Assembly: GCA_020723325.1 (NCBI GenBank)
Contig: DYJD01000003.1
Location: 167,822 to 231,821 of the forward strand
Reading direction: 5' to 3'
Length of the DNA: 64,000 nt
Origin: Desulfosudis oleivorans
Lineage (GTDB): Bacteria; Desulfobacterota; Desulfobacteria; Desulfobacterales; SURF-7
The notes beneath the pieces are model-generated. The model had not been told where the DNA came from and ran no database searches. It worked only from the letters and a program-made list of their open reading frames with translations. Position 1 is the first letter of the stretch, and every line of letters begins with the position of its first letter. Shown here piece by piece: positions 54,482 to 63,422 of this stretch. The translations under genes and the position numbers were made by a program.

Positions 54482-54690
54482 GGTTGCCTCCGGTCATAAT
54501 CATTGTTCCGACCCACCTTAACAAATTGCCGAAATTCAAATCCAGTGTCTCTGATACGAAGCGTACTGTAAAATGGTACTTTGTAAAAAGCATTTTTCAT
54601 TTTAGCCGTCATTATCGTAAGATTCAACCAAATCTAATCGCACAGCAGCGTATTGTAATTTGTTTTATATCCTAAACAGGAGGTGGCGCC

Positions 54691-55524
54691 ATGGAGTTCA
54701 GGGAGATCCTGTATGAAAAAAGCGGTGAAACCGTCATCATCACTTTCAACCGGCCGGCGGTCCACAATTGTATCGGGCCCCAGACCCATGCGGAACTAGT
54801 TATGGCCTGGGACCGCTTCCGGGAGGATGATAAGGCCAAGGTGGCCATCATTACCGGCGCCGGCGACCAGGCCTTTTCATCCGGCGGGGATATCAAGGCC
54901 GGCGCCAAGCTTGTGCCGGTTACCCCGGCAGAAATCGCGGCCCACAACCGCGGAGAACGGCCCGGTATTCTGGGGCCCAGTCGCTGGACCGACATTTACA
55001 AGCCCATAATCGCCGCCGTGAACGGCGTGGCCTATGCCGGCGGTCTGGAATGGGCCTGTTTTGCCGATATCCGCATCGCCGAGGAACATGCCACTTTCGG
55101 CGTGACCTGCCGGCGGTGGAACATCGGCCTGGGTGACGGCGGCACCCAGCGCTTGCCGCGCATTGTCGGCCTTGGGCGGGCCATGGAACTGATCATCACC
55201 GGCCGGGTGATCGATGCCCGGGAAGCCGAGCGCATTGGTCTGGTCAATGAAGTGGTGCCCAAGGGCCAAAGCCTGGCCCGGGCCCTGGCATTGGCGGAGT
55301 TCATTTGCACTCTGCCCCAGCCGGCGATTCACACGGATAAGGAAGCCGCCATACGCGGCTTCGGCCTGCCCCTGACCGAAGGGCTGCGCATCGAGGCCGA
55401 ATGTTTCAATCGCCTGATTCATACCCGGGAAATGGCCGAAGGCGCGCGCCGCTTTGTGGAACGGGATCATCCGGATCGTCGCCCGGGCACGGGGGTGACA
55501 CCAGGGATAAAAAGAAAGTCGTGA
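54691..55524 (+). CDS. enoyl-CoA hydratase/isomerase (crotonase) family protein
   Basis: VIITFNRPAVHN, ITGAGDQAFSSGGDIK and AYAGGLEWA. AGGAGG SD present. Confidence 0.85.
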   Translation: MEFREILYEKSGETVIITFNRPAVHNCIGPQTHAELVMAWDRFREDDKAKVAIITGAGDQAFSSGGDIKAGAKLVPVTPAEIAAHNRGERPGILGPSRWTDIYKPIIAAVNGVAYAGGLEWACFADIRIAEEHATFGVTCRRWNIGLGDGGTQRLPRIVGLGRAMELIITGRVIDAREAERIGLVNEVVPKGQSLARALALAEFICTLPQPAIHTDKEAAIRGFGLPLTEGLRIEAECFNRLIHTREMAEGARRFVERDHPDRRPGTGVTPGIKRKS

Positions 55525-55542
55525 TCAAAGGAGGAAAAAGTT

Positions 55543-56709
55543 ATGAGCTTTGATTTCAATACCAAGACAACCTGCCAGGAATATTTCACCAAATCCCACG
55601 ATATGGTCCGCAAGGCGGTCCGTGAATTTATCAATAAGGAAGTCAAACCATATATCGACGAATGGGAGGAGGCCGGCGAGTTTCCCCGGGACATGTACCG
55701 CAAAGCCGCCCAAGTGGGCATTCTCGGCATGGGCTTTCCAGAGGAATACGGTGGTACGCCGGGTGATGTTTTCTTCCAGATTGCGGTTTGCGAGGAATTG
55801 ATGCGCTCCGGCTCCGGCGGGTTCGCCGCCGGTATCGGCTCCCTGAATATCGCTATCCCACCGATCCTGAAACTGGGCACCGAGGAGCAGAAACATAAAT
55901 TCGTGACTCCGGTGCTGGCCGGCAAGAAAATCGCGGCTCTGGCCATCACCGAACCCTCGGGGGGCTCGGACGTGGCCAATCTCAAAACCACCGCAGTGCG
56001 CGACGGGGATCACTACATCGTCAACGGCAGCAAGACCTTCATCACCAGCGGCTGCCGGGCCGACCAGATCACCTGCGCCGTACGCACCGGCGGAGAAGGC
56101 GCCCACGGCATCAGCCTGCTGGTGATTGAAACCGACAATCCTGGTTTTTCCGTTTCCAACAAGCTCAAGAAAATGGGCTGGTGGGCCTCGGATACGGCCG
56201 AACTTTTTTTTGACAACTGCCGGGTGCCGGCAGCCAACCTCATCGGTGTGGAAAACCAGGGCTTTTATGGCATCATGATCAATTTTCAGGCCGAGCGTTT
56301 GTCCCTGGCAGTGATGGCCAACATGACCGCCCGCCTGGCTCTGGAGGAAGCCGTCAAATACGCCAAAGAGCGCCAGGCCTTCGGCAAACCCATCCTGGGT
56401 TTTCAGGTAACCCGCCACAAGCTGGTGGATATGGCCACCCTGGTGGAGGCCAGCACCGAATTCACCTACCGGGTGGCGGCCAAGATCGGCGCCGGTCTGG
56501 ACCAGGTCAAGCAGGTGTCCATGGCCAAGAATTTCGCCTGCAGCGTGAGCGACAAGGTGACCTATGATGCGGTGCAGATCTTCGGCGGCTACGGCTTTAG
56601 CCGCGGGTATCTGGTGGAACGCCTGTACCGGGACAACCGCATCCTGTCCATTGGCGGCGGCACCAGTGAGATCATGAAGGAAATTATTTCCAAGATCATG
56701 TTGAGCTGA
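55543..56709 (+). CDS. acyl-CoA dehydrogenase
   Basis: ALAITEPSGGSDVA, FITSG and YRDNRILSIGGGTSEIMKEII. Confidence 0.9.
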   Translation: MSFDFNTKTTCQEYFTKSHDMVRKAVREFINKEVKPYIDEWEEAGEFPRDMYRKAAQVGILGMGFPEEYGGTPGDVFFQIAVCEELMRSGSGGFAAGIGSLNIAIPPILKLGTEEQKHKFVTPVLAGKKIAALAITEPSGGSDVANLKTTAVRDGDHYIVNGSKTFITSGCRADQITCAVRTGGEGAHGISLLVIETDNPGFSVSNKLKKMGWWASDTAELFFDNCRVPAANLIGVENQGFYGIMINFQAERLSLAVMANMTARLALEEAVKYAKERQAFGKPILGFQVTRHKLVDMATLVEASTEFTYRVAAKIGAGLDQVKQVSMAKNFACSVSDKVTYDAVQIFGGYGFSRGYLVERLYRDNRILSIGGGTSEIMKEIISKIMLS

Positions 56710-56768
56710 TTGTAACGGCTCAGGTGATGAGAGTGAAGGCTGAAGAATGAAATAAAGGGAGAACGCTG

Positions 56769-57473
56769 ATGAAATCCGCACACAACAACCTATCGGTAAA
56801 ACACTGGGAAAAACGCCCGGAAGCCAATTGGGAAAAATTTGAATTCAACCAGCCCTATCAAAAAGGACTGGAGCGCTTGCAGGAGCAGGTTCTAAGCAAA
56901 ACCAATTTTGACCCTGCCACTCTTTGGCAATGGGGCACCATGCAGGCCATGGCCATCATCGAAATCCTCAAGACCCTGGAAAGCCGATTCGGCCGGGAAG
57001 GCCAGCAAGCCGTATTCGAGAGCCTGCGGCGGGTGGGTTATGATGTGGGACGCCAGATCACGGCAGGCACCACCATTCCGGAAGAGATGGGCACGGCGGA
57101 ATGGATCAGCTTTTATGCCACGGTGGTGAACCGGGTGGCCTATGCTTCCCTGGAAACACCGGCCATTGAAAACAAACAGAAAGCCAATTTCCACATTGAC
57201 TGGTGCCCCCACCAGGACCATTACCGGGCCTTTGATTGCCGGGTGCAGCGGTATTTTGTCCAGGGCATGATCGAGGCGGCCATGGATTTTGCAAAGAGCC
57301 AGGGTCGGGAAGATGTGTGGGATGTGGCCTTTCGGGCCACAATTCCATCCGGCAGCGAAACCTGCTATTTTGAAATCTTCCGCGGCGACCCGGAAGAATC
57401 CGGCAAATGGAGTGACTATACATGCCTGATAGAGGAAAAGGCCCTGGAGATAGCTAAAAAGAGCAAGGCGTAG
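56769..57473 (+). CDS. hypothetical protein, possibly ATC-hydrolase-like family
   Basis: FGREGQQAVFESLRRVGYDVGRQI…FHIDWCPHQDHYRAFDC…ETCYFEIFR. The Cys pattern and layout resemble the L-2-amino-thiazoline-4-carboxylate hydrolase-like family as I remember it; this is unverified. Confidence 0.35.
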   Translation: MKSAHNNLSVKHWEKRPEANWEKFEFNQPYQKGLERLQEQVLSKTNFDPATLWQWGTMQAMAIIEILKTLESRFGREGQQAVFESLRRVGYDVGRQITAGTTIPEEMGTAEWISFYATVVNRVAYASLETPAIENKQKANFHIDWCPHQDHYRAFDCRVQRYFVQGMIEAAMDFAKSQGREDVWDVAFRATIPSGSETCYFEIFRGDPEESGKWSDYTCLIEEKALEIAKKSKA

Positions 57474-57623
57474 CATCTGCTTCAAACCGGCTGATCCCAT
57501 GGAATTAAGGTTGACAGTTCTAAACAATATATAGTATTTTCTTAAAATTAAAAAATCACCATTTCACAACCGATATCCTTTTCATCATCAGAATCAACCA
57601 AGACCAAAGAAAAGAGGACTGCC

Positions 57624-58868
57624 ATGTCAAATCGAAAAGTTTTGGGTGTTTTTGTTGTTTTGGTATTCATCGCGGCCCCGGTATTTTCAGCCGATATGTA
57701 TGTGTCAGCCAACAAGGGCGATAACGGCAATGCCGGCAACTCCAAGGAGGCACCGTTTGCAGAGCTCGACAAAGCCGCGAATAAAGCCAAGGCCGGTGAT
57801 ACAATCCATGTTGCGGCGGGTCGATACTACGGCATCGGCAAGACCGCTGCCACGGAAATTAAGGAAGCGGTTGCCATTTTAGGGGGATATGATGATGCTT
57901 TCACATCCCGGGATTCTAAAAAGAATCAAACTATTTTGACCGGAGACAATTCATCCAAAAGCCTGGGTTCAGGCAAACCCCGTTTACGGCTTATCGCCAA
58001 AAATGGTAATGTAATGGTGGATGGCATTGTTTTCGATATGGCTGAACGCAATAACTACAGCGACGGCAAGGTCGTAGTACGCAAGGCCAATCCGAAAACA
58101 GGCACTAACGCCTCGCTGGATGCTCCTACCCTTGAAATCGGCACGGGCGATGGCGGCGCAATCACGGTGAAAAACTGTCTGGTTTTAAACAGCACCCATA
58201 CCGGAATTCGTGTCAAGGCCGGGAAAGGCGTCAAAGTTAATATCAGCAACAACTTTATTATAAATTCAGCCGGTATCGGACTTGAGCTGAATACTACCCA
58301 TCACTCAAACGAGGGCCAGCCGGAATTTGAAGTGTCGCACAACAGCATTTTATTTGTCTGGAAGTATGACGGATATGGTACACGCGGGGGGGAAGGAATC
58401 AATTTTGACGGCAAGCTGAAGCTGGCCTTGACAAACAACATCATTGCCTTTGCCGACAATTATGCCATTGTTAATGGGAAGGGCAATAAAAGTTTGGCAG
58501 CGGTAAACAATATTCTATTCGGCAGCGGTCAAGCCGACTATTGGGAAGGCGATTTGATGCTGGCTGCAAAAGAAATGGGAGATGGCAAGCTGATCGAAAG
58601 CGCCAAGGGGAATACCAATAAGAACTTGTCGTTCAAAGTGAATCAGGATTGGGCAAATCTGTATGCCGCAAGGGTTTTAATCGATCGCAATAAAGTTGAA
58701 GCCGATGTTAAGGCCAAAAATACCTTTGCAAATGAATTGCGCTCCATCCTTGGCCTTCCGCTGCAAGCCGCGGATGTGAAATTGGACGCCAATGTCCATG
58801 CCCATCCCATGCCTTTGGATGGCGCTTTTCTTGTTTCAGCAGATGCCGGTGCGGCTGGCGCTAAATAA
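57624..58868 (+). CDS. secreted right-handed parallel beta-helix repeat protein
   Basis: Signal peptide MSNRKVLGVFVVLVFIAAPVFSA. It has repeated …N..I.N..GIG/…N.I… turns (VKNCLVLNSTHTGIRV, ISNNFIINSAGIGLEL, LTNNIIAFADNYAIV) typical of pectate-lyase-fold proteins. Confidence 0.65.
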   Translation: MSNRKVLGVFVVLVFIAAPVFSADMYVSANKGDNGNAGNSKEAPFAELDKAANKAKAGDTIHVAAGRYYGIGKTAATEIKEAVAILGGYDDAFTSRDSKKNQTILTGDNSSKSLGSGKPRLRLIAKNGNVMVDGIVFDMAERNNYSDGKVVVRKANPKTGTNASLDAPTLEIGTGDGGAITVKNCLVLNSTHTGIRVKAGKGVKVNISNNFIINSAGIGLELNTTHHSNEGQPEFEVSHNSILFVWKYDGYGTRGGEGINFDGKLKLALTNNIIAFADNYAIVNGKGNKSLAAVNNILFGSGQADYWEGDLMLAAKEMGDGKLIESAKGNTNKNLSFKVNQDWANLYAARVLIDRNKVEADVKAKNTFANELRSILGLPLQAADVKLDANVHAHPMPLDGAFLVSADAGAAGAK

Positions 58869-58890
58869 TGCGTGCAAAGGGGTTGTCTCT

Positions 58891-59229
58891 ATGAAGTCGT
58901 CTGAATTTCCAGATTTTGTGCGCGCCCTGCCGGAAGCCGACCTGCCTTTTGAAGGTCTGCGCGGCTGGCTTCTTCAAAGCGAGTCAGGGCAAGTTCTGTT
59001 CAACGAAGCGGATATTGAATTGACCGTGCCTGAGCATTCCCACGGCTGCCAGTGGGGCGTTGTCATCGCCGGCAAGATAGATATGACCATCAACGGCCAA
59101 ACGCAGACCTACACCTGCGGCGACACTTATTTCATTCCAGATGGAATGCGGCACCAGGCAAGAATTTATCCCGGCTATCGCGCGGTTGACTATTTTGCAG
59201 ACCGCAATCGGTATCGTATAAAATGTTGA
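58891..59229 (+). CDS. cupin-domain protein
   Basis: …VPEHSHGCQWGVVIAGKIDMTINGQ…GDTYFIPDGMRHQA matches cupin motifs 1 and 2. I prefer ATG 58891 over the ORF-track start, which overlaps the previous gene. Confidence 0.7.
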   Translation: MKSSEFPDFVRALPEADLPFEGLRGWLLQSESGQVLFNEADIELTVPEHSHGCQWGVVIAGKIDMTINGQTQTYTCGDTYFIPDGMRHQARIYPGYRAVDYFADRNRYRIKC

Positions 59230-59265
59230 GTAAATGGCAGGCCGAGAAAAAAATTGCGTTTTACA

Positions 59266-59868
59266 TCAGGAAACCGCTCTGCTTAAAACATCATATTTCC
59301 CGTCCCGGCATTCCACTTGCCCTGCCATGACCATTTCCAGGAGATGCTTTTCCACCATGTGCCGTTCGAAAAGGCCGTAGATGACTTCCAGGAAACAGTA
59401 ATGGTCGTCCAGGTGTCCGGGGGTATGGACGGCCTGGAGGGTGATGCCGCCGAAATCCAGGCGCTGGTTGTCTACAAAGGTCCGTGTGTGGCAGTAATCG
59501 CGCATTCCCAGCTCCTTGCGGACGAAATTCTCCCAGTTGGTCATGATCTGCCGGTCCGGACCCACCAGGCGATGGGCGAGGCGCGGAATAGCCCCGGTTT
59601 CCGCTGCGCGTTCCTTGGGGATCCACAATTCCTGCCCCTCAAACAGATGGTTCCCGGAAACATGATCCGGGTGGCAGTGGGAATTGATGACCACATCCAC
59701 CCCATAGTGATCCGCCACGGCCCGGCAGGCCTTTTCACCACAGCCCGTGTCGATCAGGGCATGGGAGTCCGTGCCCATGACGAGAAAGGAAAAAGCCAGG
59801 GGAAATCGTCCTTGGGTGGGGGAAGTCACCAGATACAGTCGTTCGGTGATTGGAATAATATCATTCAT
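59266..59868 (-). CDS. metallo-beta-lactamase-fold hydrolase
   Basis: ALIDTGCG, HCHPDHVSGN (HxHxDH) and HTPGH. The C-terminal tail looks short or atypical. Confidence 0.7.
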   Translation of the reverse strand: MNDIIPITERLYLVTSPTQGRFPLAFSFLVMGTDSHALIDTGCGEKACRAVADHYGVDVVINSHCHPDHVSGNHLFEGQELWIPKERAAETGAIPRLAHRLVGPDRQIMTNWENFVRKELGMRDYCHTRTFVDNQRLDFGGITLQAVHTPGHLDDHYCFLEVIYGLFERHMVEKHLLEMVMAGQVECRDGKYDVLSRAVS

Positions 59869-59965
59869 GTTTTAAACTATATTCCAAAATTCAAATGACA
59901 GAAATACAAAACTGCGCTACACAATACCAGATTGAATTCCGGATTTTGAACCGCGTCTTTCCCAT

Positions 59966-59990
59966 ATCGCGGCTGGAAGCCGCTCCCACA
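59966..59990 (-). repeat. family-2 element, copy 3 (core only, arms degenerate)
   Basis: ATCGCGGCTGGAAGCCGCTCCCACA, located in the MBL/hbd divergent intergenic region. Confidence 0.7.
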
Positions 59991-60079
59991 GGGGGATGAC
60001 AGCAAAGAGGATCAGGGTTTTAATTTGGTGTTTGGGGGCCTGGATACTGGTTTTTCACATTTTGAAAGGAGCTACAGCC

Positions 60080-60931
60080 ATGGAAATCAAAACAATGGGA
60101 GTCATCGGCAGCGGACAGATGGGCGGCGGGATCGCCCAGGTGGCGGCCATGGGCGGGATCACGGTGATCATGAACGACATCGCACCTGAATTTGTCGAAC
60201 GCGGACTATCCGTCATTACCGGAAATTTTCAGCGCAATGTGGACAAAGGCAAGCTGACGGCAGATGAAAAAAATGCAATTCTGGGACGTATTAAGACCAG
60301 CACCAGTCTGAAAGACATGGCCGGGGCCGACTTCGTGGTGGAGGCGGCCACGGAAAAAGAACCCATCAAGGCCCAGATCTTCCGGGACTTGGACAGCATT
60401 TGCAAGCCCCAGGCAATCCTTGCCACCAACACCTCCTCCATTCCCATCGGCCGCATCGCGGCCCAGACCAAACGACCGGAAAAAGTCATCGGCATGCATT
60501 TCATGAATCCGGTGCCGGTCATGAAACTGGTGGAAGTCATCCGCGGCATTGCCACCTCTGATGAAACCTTTAAAGCCACCTGGGACCTGAGTATCCGATT
60601 GGGTAAAACCCCGGCCGAGGCCAACGACTATCCCGGCTTCATCGCCAACCGCATCCTGCTGCCCATGATCAACGAGGCGATTTACTGCCTGTATCACGGC
60701 GTGGGCAAACGTGAAGATATCGACACGGTCATGAAGCTGGGCATGAATCATCCCATGGGTCCCCTGGCCCTGGCGGATCTCATTGGACTCGACACCTGTC
60801 TGGCCATCATGGAAACCTTGTTCGACGGATTCAAGGATTCCAAGTACCGGCCCTGCCCGTTGTTGCGCAAATACGTGGAAGCCGGCTGGCTGGGCAAGAA
60901 AACCAAAAAAGGATTTTACGACTACGAGTAA
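60080..60931 (+). CDS. hbd: 3-hydroxyacyl/3-hydroxybutyryl-CoA dehydrogenase
   Basis: MEIKTMGVIGSGQMGGGIAQV (Rossmann)…HFMNPVP…GFIANR…KKGFYDY. AAAGGAG SD lies before ATG 60080. Confidence 0.9.
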   Translation: MEIKTMGVIGSGQMGGGIAQVAAMGGITVIMNDIAPEFVERGLSVITGNFQRNVDKGKLTADEKNAILGRIKTSTSLKDMAGADFVVEAATEKEPIKAQIFRDLDSICKPQAILATNTSSIPIGRIAAQTKRPEKVIGMHFMNPVPVMKLVEVIRGIATSDETFKATWDLSIRLGKTPAEANDYPGFIANRILLPMINEAIYCLYHGVGKREDIDTVMKLGMNHPMGPLALADLIGLDTCLAIMETLFDGFKDSKYRPCPLLRKYVEAGWLGKKTKKGFYDYE

Positions 60932-60943
60932 AGGAATGGATTC

Positions 60944-62098
60944 ATGCCGTTTGAATTGACCGAAGAACAACGTCTCATTAAGAAATCCACCCGGGAGTTC
61001 AGTCGCAAAACCCTGGCGGCCACCGCCGACGAACGCGACCGCACCAAGGAATACCCGGCCGATAACCTGAAAAAAATGGGCGCGCTGGGCCTCATGGGCA
61101 TGCTGGTACCGGCGGAATACGGCGGCGAAGATCTGGATACCGTGAGTTATTCCCTGGCCCTGACCGAAGTGGCCTATGGTTGCGCCGCCACGGCCGTGAT
61201 CATGTCCGTACATGCCTCCATTGTCTGTGGCAGCCTGAACCGTTTTGGAACTCCGGCCCAAAAGGAAAAATATCTGCGACCTTTGGCCGGCGCCGAAATC
61301 ATCGGCTCTTTTGCCCTTACGGAGCCGGAAGCCGGCTCGGATCCGGCCGCCCTCCAGACCACGGCTGTAAAGGAAGGCGACTGCTACGTACTCAACGGGA
61401 TCAAACGCTTCATCACCGGCGGCGCCACTTCCGGACTGTTCATTGTGCTGGCTAGGGCCCCGGGCTCGGAAGGCCATAAGGGCATCAGCGCCTTTCTCGT
61501 GACCCCGGACATGCCGGGTTTCCAGGCCGGCAAGATCGAAGATAAAATTGGCATTCGGGCCTCGGACACCTGCGATCTCATCTTTTCCAATTGCCGGGTG
61601 CCGGCCGAGAATCTGCTGGGCAATGAAGGCGACGGGTTCAAGATTGCCATGTCCGGCCTGGATTCCGGCCGTATCGGCATCGCCAGTCAGTCATTGGGGG
61701 TCGGCATGGCGGCCCTGGATGCCGCCGTAAAATATGCCAAATCCCGGCGCCAGTTCGGCAAGCCCATTGCGGCCTTTCAGGGACTGCGTTGGATGCTGGC
61801 GGAGATGGCCATGGATGTGGAGTGCGCCCGTCTCTTGGTATTGAATGCCGCAGCCATGAAGGACCGGGGCGAAAAATGCGCGGCCCAGGCTTCCATGGCC
61901 AAGTTGTATGCTTCTGAAATGGCCAACCGGGTCACGGCCCAGGCGGTTCAGATCCACGGCGGTTACGGCGTCACCAAGGAATATGTGGTGGAACGTCTGT
62001 ATCGGGATGCCCGGGTATTCACCATTTACGAAGGAACCTCCCAGATCCAGAAAATCGTCATTGCCAATGATCTTCTGAGAGACAAGGCAGTCGGTTGA
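60944..62098 (+). CDS. acyl-CoA dehydrogenase (short-chain/butyryl-CoA dehydrogenase-like)
   Basis: FALTEPEAGSDPAA, FITGG and YRDARVFTIYEGTSQIQKIVIA. Confidence 0.9.
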   Translation: MPFELTEEQRLIKKSTREFSRKTLAATADERDRTKEYPADNLKKMGALGLMGMLVPAEYGGEDLDTVSYSLALTEVAYGCAATAVIMSVHASIVCGSLNRFGTPAQKEKYLRPLAGAEIIGSFALTEPEAGSDPAALQTTAVKEGDCYVLNGIKRFITGGATSGLFIVLARAPGSEGHKGISAFLVTPDMPGFQAGKIEDKIGIRASDTCDLIFSNCRVPAENLLGNEGDGFKIAMSGLDSGRIGIASQSLGVGMAALDAAVKYAKSRRQFGKPIAAFQGLRWMLAEMAMDVECARLLVLNAAAMKDRGEKCAAQASMAKLYASEMANRVTAQAVQIHGGYGVTKEYVVERLYRDARVFTIYEGTSQIQKIVIANDLLRDKAVG

Positions 62099-62111
62099 TG
62101 TAAGGACTCCC

Positions 62112-63314
62112 ATGAACGACATTGCTCAAAAGTATACGCCCCAATCCGAACTGCAAGGCCGTATTACCAAACTCCAGGAGAGCCTGTGCGGTAAGAACAT
62201 TGACGGCGCCTTGATTTTACAGAATTCGGACCTGTTTTATTTCTGCGGCACCAGCCAGCAGGCCCAACTGTATGTGCCGGCCACAGGGGCGCCGGTCTTG
62301 ATGGTCCGCAAGGATCTGAAAAGGGCTGAAGCGGAATCGGCCCTTGGCTGCATTGTTCCCTTTATCAGCCCAAAACAGATTCCGGATATTCTTAAGCAGA
62401 ACCACCAGCCCCTGCCAGGCAAACTGGGATTGGAATGCGATGTCCTGCCGGTGAATCAATATTTCGGTTTGCAGAATCTTTTCGGGCAGGCGGAGCTTGT
62501 GGATGTTTCCAATGAGATCCGTTTAATCAGGGCCATCAAATCCGATTATGAGGTGGGATTGTTGCGGGAGGCGGCCGGTTTGTCAGATCAATTGGCCGCG
62601 GCTGTGCCGGCTATACTTCGGGAGGGAATGACGGAAATCGAACTGGCCGGCCGTCTTGAGGCCGAGGCCCGCAAATGGGGGCACCAAGGCGTGATCCGCA
62701 TGCGCCTGTGGGGCAGTGAATTGTTTTACGGGCATGTTATGGCCGGTCCTGCTGCCGCTGTTCCCAGTTATCTGTCATCCCCCACCGGCGGCATTGGTGT
62801 GACCCCGGCCGTGGCCCAAGGTTCCAGCCTGCGCCCTATCCAGCGTCATGAACCTGTTCTCGTGGACCTGGTTTTTGCCCTGCACGGCTATCTTTCAGAC
62901 CATACCCGCATTTTCGCCTTGGGCGAACTCCCCGATGAACTGGTTGCAGCACACTCAGCCATGCTGGACATTCAAGCCAATATTAAAAAAAAGGCCAGGC
63001 CTGGGGTTGTCTGCGGGAGCCTGTATGAAGCGGCCCTTGCCAAAGCCGCCGAACACGGTATGGAAGGGCATTTCATGGGAGTGGGTGATCAGCGCATCCG
63101 TTTTGTGGGACATGGAGTGGGTCTGGAACTGGATGAATTCCCCTTTCTGGCCAAAGGCCAGGAGATGAAGCTGGCTGCCGGCATGATCATCGCCCTGGAG
63201 CCCAAGGCGATTTTCCCGGGAAAAGGCGTGGTGGGCATTGAAAATACTCACCTCGTCACTGAAACCGGCCTTGAACAATTGGGGGCTTTTCGGGAAGATA
63301 TAGTCGTGGTGTGA
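62112..63314 (+). CDS. M24-family metallopeptidase (Xaa-Pro aminopeptidase/creatinase-like)
   Basis: Creatinase-like N-domain plus a pita-bread C-domain with HGVGLELDEFP and IALEPK. Confidence 0.8.
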   Translation: MNDIAQKYTPQSELQGRITKLQESLCGKNIDGALILQNSDLFYFCGTSQQAQLYVPATGAPVLMVRKDLKRAEAESALGCIVPFISPKQIPDILKQNHQPLPGKLGLECDVLPVNQYFGLQNLFGQAELVDVSNEIRLIRAIKSDYEVGLLREAAGLSDQLAAAVPAILREGMTEIELAGRLEAEARKWGHQGVIRMRLWGSELFYGHVMAGPAAAVPSYLSSPTGGIGVTPAVAQGSSLRPIQRHEPVLVDLVFALHGYLSDHTRIFALGELPDELVAAHSAMLDIQANIKKKARPGVVCGSLYEAALAKAAEHGMEGHFMGVGDQRIRFVGHGVGLELDEFPFLAKGQEMKLAAGMIIALEPKAIFPGKGVVGIENTHLVTETGLEQLGAFREDIVVV

Positions 63315-63325
63315 AATATTCGCCA

Positions 63326-63403
63326 GCCTTGATCACCGGTTCGACCGACCTTCATTGCGGGAGCGGCTTCCAGCCGCGATGGGGCCGAAACGGTGATCAA
63401 GGC
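63326..63403 (+). repeat. family-2 intergenic palindromic element, copy 4
   Basis: GCCTTGATCACCGGTTCGACC-gaccttcattgcgggagcggcttccagccgcgatgg-GGCCGAAACGGTGATCAAGGC. The arms pair at 19/21 positions. It lies between convergent genes. Confidence 0.85.
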
Positions 63404-63422
63404 TCATTCTCCTATCGCACTG

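Noticed and set aside
55525-56781. 418-aa minus-strand ORF antisense to the acyl-CoA dehydrogenase gene. Similar long antisense ORFs occur at 60206-61477, 23046-24047, 21289-22044 and 54877-55470.
   Set aside because: All are antisense to genes with clear catalytic motifs, have low-complexity G/A/H/Q-rich sequence, and lack SD sequences. I treat them as non-coding.
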